A stretch of 50,181 bases of DNA from NCBI GenBank assembly GCA_035571995.1, contig DATNBK010000243.1, positions 1-50,181 of the forward strand, in the 5' to 3' direction. Source of the stretch: Rhodanobacter sp. (GTDB taxonomy: Bacteria; Pseudomonadota; Gammaproteobacteria; Xanthomonadales; Rhodanobacteraceae). Position numbers and translations under genes: made by a program. Under the pieces are notes generated by a model. It was not told where the DNA came from, did not search any database, and worked only from the letters and a program-made list of their open reading frames with translations. Shown here in pieces: positions 28,886-37,373 of this stretch; positions within the stretch are counted from its first letter, which is position 1; the number at the start of each line of letters is the position of its first letter.

Positions 28886-30714
28886 GACAAATCCTTCTTG
28901 TGCTGGACGCCTCGTTCGTAGCCGCGACGTGCGGCTTCGACCTCGGGGCGTGTGGAGACTTCCGGTACCGCCACGTTCCACCACCAGCCGCCGGCGTCGG
29001 TGGCCTTGCGCGGATCGGTGTCGACCACCACCACGTAGCTGCGCTCGGCCGCCCGTGCGCGGGCCAGCGCCGACACCAGTTCGCCCACCGTGGCGGCGTG
29101 TTCGGACAACGCGCCGAGGCTCGCGGCATGGGCGGCGAAATCGATCGTCGGAAGCACCTGGTGCGCGGCGTCGGCCAGCAGGTTGTTGAAGCCGGCGCCA
29201 CCGGTGGCGTGCTGCAGCCGGTGGATGCACCCGAAGCCGCGGTTGTCCAGTACCACGACGACGAGCTTCAGGCCGAGCATCACCGACGTGGCGAGCTCCG
29301 AGTTGAGCATGAGGTAGCTGCCATCGCCGACCATGACCACGACCTCGCGTTCGGGCGCGGCCATCTTCACGCCGACGCCCCCGGCAATCTCGTAGCCCAT
29401 GCACGAATAGCCGTATTCGACGTGGTAGCCACCGCTGCGCGCGGTGCGCCACAGCTTGTGCAATTCGCCCGGCAGGCCGCCGGCGGCACAGACCACCACG
29501 GCATCGTCGCCGACGCTGCGTTGCACGGCGCCGATCACCTGGGCGTCGCTGGGTAGAGCCTGGTCAGCGGACGCAGCCGTCGCGGCATCCACCGCCGCGT
29601 TCCATGCAGCCACTTCGTCACCGTGGATCGACGGCGCCCGCCAGCCTTCCAGCGCCGCTGCCAGCGCCTGCAGCACCGTGCGCGCATCGCCGACCACCGG
29701 CAAGGCATCGTGCTTGTACGCATCGAAGGGCTGCACGTTGATCTGCGCCCGTCGCGCGTCGGGGAACAGGCTGCGTGAGCCGGTGGTGAAATCCGCCAGT
29801 CGCGTGCCCACGCCGATCACGAGGTCGGCGCGCGCCGCCGCGGCATTGGCCGCGCTGGCGCCGGTGACCCCGATGGAACCCAGGGCGCAGGGATGGTTCC
29901 ACGGCAGCGCGCCCTTGCCGGCCTGGGTTTCCGCTACGGCCAGGCCGGTGGCTTCCGCCAAGGTCGCCAGCGCCGCCTCGGCCTCGCTGTAGAGCACGCC
30001 GCCGCCGGCGACCAGCAGGGGGTGTCGTGCGGCCTTCAGCGCGGCGACCAGGGCGTCCAGCTCGCCTTGGTCGGCGCGTTGGCGGCGCTCACCCCACAGC
30101 CGCCGCGTAAAGAACGCTTCAGGGTAGTCATAAGCCTCGGCCTGCACGTCCTGGCAGAAGGCGAGGGTTGCCGGTCCACAGCACGCGGGATCGAGCAGCG
30201 TGGCCAGCGCCTTGGGCAGCGCATCCATGATCTGTTCTGGCCGGGTGATGCGGTCGAAGTACCGCGACACCGGGCGGAAGCAGTCGTTTACCGAGACCGT
30301 GCCGTCGGCAAAGTCCTCGATCTGCTGCAGGACCGGATCGGGGTGGCGGCTGGCGAACACGTCGCCGGGCAGGAACAGCACGGGCAGGCGGTCGGCATGG
30401 GCCAGGGCGGCCGCGGTGACCATGTTGGTCGCGCCGGGGCCGATCGACGAGGTGCAGACCATGGCGCGGCGGCGCCGCATCTGCTTGGCATAGGCGATGG
30501 CGGCATGGGCCATGCCTTGCTCGTTGTGCGCGCGCCAGGTTGGAAAATTCCCGCGTGCGGCGTACAGCGCCTCGCCCAGACCTGCCACGTTGCCGTGCCC
30601 GAAGATTGCCCAGGCGCCGGCGAAGTACGGCAACTCGCGGCCGGCGACGGTCACGTATTGTGCGGCCAGCCAGCGGATCGTGGCCTGGGCGGCGGTCAGT
30701 CGTACGCTGGCCAT
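28882..30714 (-). CDS. iolD: 3D-(3,5/4)-trihydroxycyclohexane-1,2-dione acylhydrolase, TPP-dependent (610 aa)
   Basis: IFGHGNVAG, NEQGMAH, SSIGPGATN, EYGYSCMGYE and GDGSYLM motifs. Confidence 0.95.
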   Translation of the reverse strand: MASVRLTAAQATIRWLAAQYVTVAGRELPYFAGAWAIFGHGNVAGLGEALYAARGNFPTWRAHNEQGMAHAAIAYAKQMRRRRAMVCTSSIGPGATNMVTAAALAHADRLPVLFLPGDVFASRHPDPVLQQIEDFADGTVSVNDCFRPVSRYFDRITRPEQIMDALPKALATLLDPACCGPATLAFCQDVQAEAYDYPEAFFTRRLWGERRQRADQGELDALVAALKAARHPLLVAGGGVLYSEAEAALATLAEATGLAVAETQAGKGALPWNHPCALGSIGVTGASAANAAAARADLVIGVGTRLADFTTGSRSLFPDARRAQINVQPFDAYKHDALPVVGDARTVLQALAAALEGWRAPSIHGDEVAAWNAAVDAATAASADQALPSDAQVIGAVQRSVGDDAVVVCAAGGLPGELHKLWRTARSGGYHVEYGYSCMGYEIAGGVGVKMAAPEREVVVMVGDGSYLMLNSELATSVMLGLKLVVVVLDNRGFGCIHRLQHATGGAGFNNLLADAAHQVLPTIDFAAHAASLGALSEHAATVGELVSALARARAAERSYVVVVDTDPRKATDAGGWWWNVAVPEVSTRPEVEAARRGYERGVQHKKDLS

Positions 30715-30715
30715 G

Positions 30716-32653
30716 TCACACCGCCTCGCGTCGGGCTGGCGGCGACGCCACGCGCGCCTTGCGCCAGGCCTCGACCAGCACGGCGAAGCGCGCGGACAGC
30801 TCGGCGATGGCCGCTTCGTCGTCGATGGCGCCGGCCAACCAGCGCGCGGCAGGCTCGGCGAAAATCGTGCGGCCCACCGCGAAGCCCTTGACGATGGGGC
30901 TGGCGGCAGCGGTGCGGAAGGATTCGACCAGCACCTCGCTGGGCGCCTGCAGGCCGAGCAGCAGTACGCCGCGGCACAGCGGATCGTTGGCGCGGATCGC
31001 ACGCTCGATGTTGGCCCAGGTGGCGTCGTCGGCGGCGGGTTCGAGTTTCCACCAGTCCGGTTGCATGCCCCGATCATAGAGTTGCTGGATCGCGCGCGCC
31101 GCGGTCTGCGCATCGACCGTGCCGTGGCGCGAGGAGATCACCTCCACCAGCAGCTCGTGACGGGTCTTGCGGCAGGCGTCCTGCAACCGCAGCAATTGCC
31201 GCTCCTGTTGCGCGCACAACGCCAACGGATCGTCCGGGTGATAGAACACCAGGCACTTGACCACGTGGTTGTACGGCCAGGTGACGATTTCGGTGGCCAC
31301 GTCGGCGGAGCTCTCGAACGCAAGCGGACGTGAGCCGGGCGACTCGATCGGGCGGCCGATCCAGTAGGGATGATCGGCCGCAGCCTCCAGGCCGCGCATG
31401 CCGTAGCGGCCGTCCAGCAGCACGCCGAAGCGGCCGTTGCCCTGGGCCAGCCGGTCCACGGCCTGCAGCGCCAACGCCTTGAATGCCGGGATGCGCGCCG
31501 GGTCGGCACCGGTCTGTCGGCACAAGTCCTCGAATTGGCTGCGATGGTCCATCGCCAGCACAGTGAGATCCTCGTCCAGTCGGGCGCGGGTGGCGGCCCA
31601 GTGCATGTGCTCAAGTTCCTTGTCGTCGCGTAGTCGGAACGGCCGCGGGCTCTCGTTCAGGAACAGCTGCAGCTCGTCCCAGGTCGGCATCGCCGGCGCG
31701 CAGCCGTGCCGCGAAACCACGATGGCGCCGCAGGCGTTGCCGTATTCGCAGCATCGCGGCAGCGGTTCGTCGCGCAGCCAGCCGCGCAGGAAGCCGGCCA
31801 TGAACGCGTCGCCGGCGCCGAGCACGTTGAACACTTCGACCTTGAAGCCGCGCCCGACCACGCCCTGGTCCAGACTGTCCGGGATCGCCTCGGGGAAGGC
31901 CGCACAGCCCAGTGCGCCGCGCTTGCATACAAGCAACGCCGGCGTCTGCGCGCGGATCGCCCGCAGCGCCGCGACGGTGTCGGTGCTGCCGCCGAGGATG
32001 TGGATTTCCTCCTCGGTACCCACGATCAGGTCGCACAGCGGCAACACCTGCTGAAGGCGCGTGGTGACGTCCGGGTTGGCGACAAAGCGGTTCTCGCCCA
32101 TGTCGCGTCCGGTCAGCCCCCACAGCACCGGGCGGTAGTCGATGTCGAACACCACCTTCGCGCCGACCGCGCGGGCCAGGCCGCAGGCATGCACCGAGGC
32201 GTCGAACACGTTCGGCTGCGACAGGTGCGTGCCGTTCACCAGCACGGCGCCGGACGATTGCACGAACGCCGCGTCAATGTCCGCCGTGGTCAGCGCCATG
32301 TCGGCGCAGTTCTCGCGATAGAAGATCAGCGGAAAGGTATCCGGATCGCTGATGCCGAGAAAGACCAGCGCGGTCAGCCGCGCGGGATCGGTGACGACGC
32401 CCCGTGTCGAGACGTCCTCGCGGAGCAACTGCTCGCGGATGAAGCGGCCGAAGTGGTCGGCACCGACGCGCGTGATCAGCCCGCTGCGCAAGCCGAGCCT
32501 GGCGGCACCGATGGCGGTGTTGGTCGGGCTGCCGCCGATGTACTTGGCGAATGACAGCATGTCCTCGAGGCGGCCGCCGGTCTGCTCGCCGTACAGGTCG
32601 ACGCCGGAGCGGCCGATCGTTACCAGGTCAAACTGGCGCTCCGCCCCCTTCAT
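30716..32653 (-). CDS. iolC: Bifunctional 5-dehydro-2-deoxygluconokinase / C-terminal aldolase (DUF2090)
   Basis: PfkB motifs GGSPTN and VLGAGDAF, plus C-terminal DHRSQF, PDWWKLE and GFAVGRTIF. Confidence 0.94.
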   Translation of the reverse strand: MKGAERQFDLVTIGRSGVDLYGEQTGGRLEDMLSFAKYIGGSPTNTAIGAARLGLRSGLITRVGADHFGRFIREQLLREDVSTRGVVTDPARLTALVFLGISDPDTFPLIFYRENCADMALTTADIDAAFVQSSGAVLVNGTHLSQPNVFDASVHACGLARAVGAKVVFDIDYRPVLWGLTGRDMGENRFVANPDVTTRLQQVLPLCDLIVGTEEEIHILGGSTDTVAALRAIRAQTPALLVCKRGALGCAAFPEAIPDSLDQGVVGRGFKVEVFNVLGAGDAFMAGFLRGWLRDEPLPRCCEYGNACGAIVVSRHGCAPAMPTWDELQLFLNESPRPFRLRDDKELEHMHWAATRARLDEDLTVLAMDHRSQFEDLCRQTGADPARIPAFKALALQAVDRLAQGNGRFGVLLDGRYGMRGLEAAADHPYWIGRPIESPGSRPLAFESSADVATEIVTWPYNHVVKCLVFYHPDDPLALCAQQERQLLRLQDACRKTRHELLVEVISSRHGTVDAQTAARAIQQLYDRGMQPDWWKLEPAADDATWANIERAIRANDPLCRGVLLLGLQAPSEVLVESFRTAAASPIVKGFAVGRTIFAEPAARWLAGAIDDEAAIAELSARFAVLVEAWRKARVASPPARREAV

Positions 32654-32700
32654 GCCTGCATTCCCTCACCCCTGGCCCGGCGCCAATCGCACCACTTGAT

Positions 32701-32733
32701 GTAATATATATTCCAAACGTATCAGAAACACAA
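32701..32733 (-). promoter_or_regulatory. Putative sigma70 promoter of the iolC operon with overlapping IolR box
   Basis: Minus strand reads TTGTGT-N17-TATATA. GTAA-TATATA-TTCC at 32701-32714 has one mismatch to GGAA-N6-TTCC. Confidence 0.65.
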
Positions 32734-32741
32734 TGTACGTT

Positions 32742-33632
32742 TCATTTCTTCGACGGATGGCGAGTGCTGGCCTTGGCCGTGTCGCGCGGACGCTCGTTGC
32801 TGGCGAAGGCATAGGAGATCACCAGTGCCTGGGCCAGGCACATCGACGCCGACAGCGAGCGGAACTTGCGGATTTCGGCTTCGCGGACCTGCAGTACCAG
32901 GGTGGAGGACCTTGCCACCGGGCTCACCGGGCTGTCGCTGATCGACAAGACCTTGCAGCGCTGCGCGCTGGCCTGGTCGATCAGTTGCACCGTCTCCTCC
33001 GCGTAAGGTCGATAGCTCACCGCGATCAGTAGGTCGCGCCGGGTGATGGCATGGATCTGCTGGTGCAGCATGCCGCCGATGCCGTCGATGAACACGGTTT
33101 TCTTGTTCACCTGATGCAGCGAGTAGGCGAGATAGGCTGCCACCGGGAAAGAGCGGCGGAAGCCGGTCACGTAAACGGTCTCGGCGGCGGCAATGAGTTT
33201 GACCGCGGCTTCCAGGTCCTTGGCGCCGACCGCATCGTCGAGATTGTTCAGGGCCAGCACGTTGCCCTCGACGAATTCAGCCAGTACCTGGCTGGGCTTG
33301 CCCACGGACTTGCTGTTCACCGACTGGCTGAACTGGCGCACGCGTTCGCCGTAGCCAAGCGATGCGTTGCCGGAGAGCAGGCCGTCGCGAAACAGGCGCT
33401 GCATCTGCGAAGCGCCGTCGAAGCCAAAGGACTTGGCGAAGCGCACGATTGCCGAAGGCTGCACGCCGCAACGTTCGGCCAGCACGGCGAGGGTCTCCAG
33501 CGCCAGGGCATTGGGCTCGTCCAGCACGTAGCGGGCAATCTGCTTCAGGCGCTTGCTCAATGCGTCGTAGCGCTCGAGGATCGCCGCGCGCAGCTCTTCG
33601 GCGCTGGCGGGAGGAGTATCCAGTTCAACCAT
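32742..33632 (-). CDS. iolR: RpiR/MurR family transcriptional regulator (IolR), 296 aa
   Basis: LSKRLKQIA, HTH region VQPSAIVRFAKSFGFDG and SIS domain GFRRSFPVAAY. ATG at 33632. Confidence 0.9.
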   Translation of the reverse strand: MVELDTPPASAEELRAAILERYDALSKRLKQIARYVLDEPNALALETLAVLAERCGVQPSAIVRFAKSFGFDGASQMQRLFRDGLLSGNASLGYGERVRQFSQSVNSKSVGKPSQVLAEFVEGNVLALNNLDDAVGAKDLEAAVKLIAAAETVYVTGFRRSFPVAAYLAYSLHQVNKKTVFIDGIGGMLHQQIHAITRRDLLIAVSYRPYAEETVQLIDQASAQRCKVLSISDSPVSPVARSSTLVLQVREAEIRKFRSLSASMCLAQALVISYAFASNERPRDTAKASTRHPSKK

Positions 33633-33729
33633 TCGGTTTGTCCTTGGGTATGGGGGCCGGTCGGCGCGGTGCGGACGGTGGCGATCGATAGGTGACGCCG
33701 TGGGCCGAAATTCTATTATACTTTGAGTC

Positions 33730-33743
33730 GGAAAATTGATTCC
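33730..33743. promoter_or_regulatory. Putative IolR operator in the iolR/iolG divergent region
   Basis: GGAA-AATTGA-TTCC is an exact GGAA-N6-TTCC palindrome. Confidence 0.75.
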
Positions 33744-33778
33744 ATTTTCGCCGCTGTCGCGGCACCAGGAGTCTACCC

Positions 33779-34783
33779 TTGGAAACCGTTGCCGTTGCCT
33801 TGATCGGGGCCGGGCGCATGGGCCACGTGCATGGGCCGAATGCCGCCCGCCATCCCCGTCTGCGCCTGAAGTACGTGGTGGACCCGAGTCCGGCGGCCGC
33901 CGTATTCGCCGCCGACCACGATGCCACGATCGCCACGTTGCAGCAGGTCCTCGCCGATCCGGCGATCCGCGGCGTGCTGGTGTGCAGTCCCACCGACCAG
34001 CACCTCGGCCACGCGCTGGCGGCGGTTGGGGCGGGCAAGGCCGTGTTCTGCGAGAAGCCGATCGACCTGGACTTGGCCAAGGTGCGCGCGTCACAGCCGC
34101 TCTTTGCTGGCGCGCGCTTCCTGCTCGGCTTCAACCGCCGCTATGACCCGCAATTCGTGCGCCTCAAGCAGCAACTGGATGCGGGCACGGTGGGTCGGCT
34201 GGAGTCGCTGCACCTCGTGAACCACGATCCGGCGGCGCCGCCGCCCGGTTTCATTCCCACCAGTGGCGGCCTGTTCAAGGACTTCACCATCCACGACCTG
34301 GACCTGGCGCGCTGGCTGCTGGGCGAGGAGCCGGTGGAGGTATACGCCGTTGCCAGCTGCCTGGTCGATCCGGAGATTGGCCGCCAAGGCGACGTCGATA
34401 CTGCGCGCACCGTGCTCAAGACCGCCAGCGGGCGGTTGTGCGTGATCTCCAACACCCGTCGCAGCGGCTACGGCTACGACCAGCGCATCGAGGCGTTCGG
34501 CTCCAAGGGAATGATCTGCGCCGGCAACGTCGCCAACGACACCGTGCACGTGGTGACCGAGTCCGGGGATACCGGCGCGCCGATCCGGCCGGCATTTGCC
34601 GAGCGCTACCGCGATGCCTATCGCGCCGAGATCGAGCATTTCGCCGACGTGGTGTACGACCGCGCGGAACCGAAGACCGGCTATGCCGATGGGGTTGCCG
34701 CGTTGGCGCTGGCCGAGGCCTGCGCGTGGTCCGCGCAGCATGGCCAGGTATTCAGATTTTCGAGCGAGGCTCATCATGCATAA
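33779..34783 (+). CDS. iolG: Gfo/Idh/MocA inositol 2-dehydrogenase-like, paralog 1
   Basis: GAGRMG, CEKP, GFNRRYDP, SGGLFKDFTIHD and YGYDQRIE motifs. TTG start with AGGAG RBS. Confidence 0.85.
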   Translation: METVAVALIGAGRMGHVHGPNAARHPRLRLKYVVDPSPAAAVFAADHDATIATLQQVLADPAIRGVLVCSPTDQHLGHALAAVGAGKAVFCEKPIDLDLAKVRASQPLFAGARFLLGFNRRYDPQFVRLKQQLDAGTVGRLESLHLVNHDPAAPPPGFIPTSGGLFKDFTIHDLDLARWLLGEEPVEVYAVASCLVDPEIGRQGDVDTARTVLKTASGRLCVISNTRRSGYGYDQRIEAFGSKGMICAGNVANDTVHVVTESGDTGAPIRPAFAERYRDAYRAEIEHFADVVYDRAEPKTGYADGVAALALAEACAWSAQHGQVFRFSSEAHHA

Positions 34784-35753
34784 GGTCGTACTGGTTGGCG
34801 CCGGCCGCATTGGCCACATCCACGCCCGCAACGCGGTGTGGCAGCCGCGCCTGGAACTGGCCGGCGTGGTCGACGCGATCGAAGCCGCGGCACAGTCGCT
34901 CGCCGCCGAGGTGGGCAGCCGCGTGACCACCTTGGAGGCGACGCTGGCCGATCCCTCGATCCGCGGCGTGATCATCGCCAGCTCCACCAGCACGCACCTG
35001 GACTACTGCCTGCGTGCCGCCGCGGCCGGCAAGGTGATCTTTTGCGAGAAGCCGGTCGACCAGGACCTTGCGCGCGCCCGCGGTGCGCTCGCGACGCTCT
35101 CCGGCGCCAGGCTGCTGGTGGCGTTCAACCGTCGCTTCGACCCCAACTTCCAGGCCTTGAAAGCGCGGCTGGACAGCGGCGTGATCGGCGGCATCGAAAG
35201 CCTGCAGATCACCTCGAACGATCCGGCGCCGCCGCCGCCCGCCTATGTCGCCGTGTCCGGCGGATTGTTCAAGGACATGGCCATCCACGATTTCGACATG
35301 GCGCGCTGGCTGCTGGGCGAGGAGCCCGTCGAGGTCTACGCCACCGGCAGTTGCCTGGTCGACCCGGCCATCGGTGAGCTCGGCGACGTCGATACTGCGC
35401 GCACCATGCTGAAGACCACCGCCGGGCGCCTGTGCGTCATTTCCAACACGCGGCGCAGCGGTTATGGCTACGACCAGCGCATCGAGGCATTCGCCTCGGG
35501 TGGCATGGTGCGCGCCGACAACGTGCTGGAAAGCACGACCCAGGTCTGGAGCGAGGCGGGCATCGCCACCGATCCGCTGCAGAACTTCTTCCTGGACCGC
35601 TATGCCGCGGCCTATCGCCGCGAGATGGATCATTTTGCCGACATGCTCGACGGCGCACCGTCCGCGATCGGCTACGCCGATGGCGTGGCCGCGCTGGCCC
35701 TGGCCGAGGCGGCCACCGAGTCGGCACGGAGCGGCGCCCCGGTGCGGCTGTAG
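34776..35753 (+). CDS. iolG: Gfo/Idh/MocA inositol 2-dehydrogenase-like, paralog 2 (325 aa)
   Basis: GAGRIG, CEKP, FNRRFDP, SGGLFKDMAIHDFD and FFLDRY motifs. ATG at 34776 overlaps the end of paralog 1. Confidence 0.87.
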   Translation: MHKVVLVGAGRIGHIHARNAVWQPRLELAGVVDAIEAAAQSLAAEVGSRVTTLEATLADPSIRGVIIASSTSTHLDYCLRAAAAGKVIFCEKPVDQDLARARGALATLSGARLLVAFNRRFDPNFQALKARLDSGVIGGIESLQITSNDPAPPPPAYVAVSGGLFKDMAIHDFDMARWLLGEEPVEVYATGSCLVDPAIGELGDVDTARTMLKTTAGRLCVISNTRRSGYGYDQRIEAFASGGMVRADNVLESTTQVWSEAGIATDPLQNFFLDRYAAAYRREMDHFADMLDGAPSAIGYADGVAALALAEAATESARSGAPVRL

Positions 35754-35790
35754 GCGGCCCAGCCGTCCAGCCATCCATCCTTGATCGATA

Positions 35791-35823
35791 CTTTGTGGGG
35801 GGCTTGCGAGGGCCCCCACAAAG
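35791..35823. terminator. Hairpin between convergent iolG2 and phytase genes
   Basis: CTTTGTGGGGG...CCCCCACAAAG, an 11-bp perfect stem. Confidence 0.6.
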
Positions 35824-35842
35824 ACGTGCAGTCCGGGCCGCG

Positions 35843-37177
35843 TCAGTTGCCCGCTGGCGTGCGCAGCGGCGGAACGAGTTTCGCCCTCACGATCTTCTCG
35901 AAGTCCGGAAGTGGGCAGAGTTCCGCACAACCGGGAATGTCGAGGTAGGTGTAGGAAGGCGGGTTCTGCGCATTGAGCGGTTGCAGGTCGCGGACCTGGT
36001 CCATCGTCTGCGAACGGTAGAAGGCATGCACGAACTGCTGGCCCGAGGTATCGGCCAGCACCTCGAAGCCGATCGCGCCGCCCGGTGGCGGATCATCGGC
36101 GGGGTAGCCCGGGACCTGCCAATGCACGCCCAGGAAGCCGCCGAGGTCGGCGATGTTGGTGTCGTGGCCTACCAGCGCCGTCAGCCTGGGGCCGCCTTCC
36201 ACGGCCTTCAGCATGCGCGAGGCCAGGGGTGATGCCGCACGCTCGGCGACGTAGGGCACGCGTGCCTCGTATTTGTACTTGATGATGTGGAACTGCTCCA
36301 GGGTTCCGATCTGCTCGCGGGTCAGGCGTCCCCACGCCACGTCCGGCATCGGCATGCCCTGCAGGTATTCCAACAGGAAGGTCTGGCTGACGGTCGAGGC
36401 GTGACTGAACGCCGGGCCGACACTGGCCGGGCCGTCCTTTTCCTCCACCAGGTCGGGCGACAGCCGTGAGATGTCGCACGCCGCCTTGGGCTGGCAACCC
36501 AGGGCGTGGTTGAGCAGGGCGAACAGCTCCGCGTGGGATTGCAGTTCGGCAGCGAGTCCGCCGGGGGGCGCCATGGCCTGCTGGGCCTGCAGGGCCTGCT
36601 TGGGGTCGATCGGCATGGAGTGGGCGTCGAACGGGTGGAATTCCAAATCGTCGCCCTTCGACGCAGGGAAGCTCACGGTGATCTTGCAGTCTGGCGCGAA
36701 ACCCTTGAGCCAGGCTTGTGCAGTTGCCCGGGTGCGCGGCGTGGCGCTGGCGGCGACGGTCAGCTCGCCAGCCGCGGGGCAGCCGGACGCGGGCAGCAAC
36801 CCGCGTGCCGCCCAGTTGCCGCGGTCCCAGGTGCCGACCAGGCTTGCCGCGTCGGCACCATGCGGGGTCAGTTCGCCAAAGTCCACCGGCCACTTTGGCC
36901 AGGGCTTGTCGTTCGTGCCGGGCGGGGACACGTTGGCCTTGGTGGGCGAGCGAACGCCGTGGCGCATCAGCATGACCACGCGCTCGAGCTTGAGCCCGGC
37001 GGTGGAGGCCGGGGATGGCGCGGCAGCCGTGGCGGTTCCGGGTACGGCCGCCGCGGCCGTGGCCGACGGTGCCGGGCTTGCCGTAACCTGAGAGGGTTGC
37101 TGCGAGCACGCGGCCAGGCCTGCGAACAGCAGGGATCCGGCAATCGTCGCCGACAGCAAGCGTGGGCTCATCTGCAT
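35843..37177 (-). CDS. Histidine acid phosphatase / phytase (AppA/Agp family), predicted lipoprotein, ~444 aa
   Basis: RHGVRSP (RHGxRxP), GELTPHG, RTRATA, GHDTN and PPGG motifs. Lipobox LAAC. AGGAG RBS before ATG 37177. Confidence 0.88.
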   Translation of the reverse strand: MQMSPRLLSATIAGSLLFAGLAACSQQPSQVTASPAPSATAAAAVPGTATAAAPSPASTAGLKLERVVMLMRHGVRSPTKANVSPPGTNDKPWPKWPVDFGELTPHGADAASLVGTWDRGNWAARGLLPASGCPAAGELTVAASATPRTRATAQAWLKGFAPDCKITVSFPASKGDDLEFHPFDAHSMPIDPKQALQAQQAMAPPGGLAAELQSHAELFALLNHALGCQPKAACDISRLSPDLVEEKDGPASVGPAFSHASTVSQTFLLEYLQGMPMPDVAWGRLTREQIGTLEQFHIIKYKYEARVPYVAERAASPLASRMLKAVEGGPRLTALVGHDTNIADLGGFLGVHWQVPGYPADDPPPGGAIGFEVLADTSGQQFVHAFYRSQTMDQVRDLQPLNAQNPPSYTYLDIPGCAELCPLPDFEKIVRAKLVPPLRTPAGN

Positions 37178-37339
37178 GGTCTTGCTCCTCATGGATTGGT
37201 GCATACCGGTGGCTGGTCGATGACCGGCTATGAACGGACGACTGTGCGGAACGACTTTATCAGCCGGTCAGCCGTCTCCCGGCCGGAGGGCTCCGCACGC
37301 CGGGTCCAGGAACGGGTGGTGCCGATTGCGCATGATCGT

Positions 37340-37359
37340 GCAGTCCGTCCGTGGACTGC
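37340..37359 (-). other. Stem-loop after the second TonB receptor gene
   Basis: GCAGTCC-GTCCGT-GGACTGC. Confidence 0.4.
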
Positions 37360-37373
37360 CGGCGCCGTTGCCG

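Noticed and set aside
27177-34094. Long N-terminal extensions on iolB, iolE, iolD and iolR in the ORF track
   Set aside because: The extensions overlap neighbouring genes. Coupled or motif-consistent starts are at 27995, 28885, 30714 and 33632.
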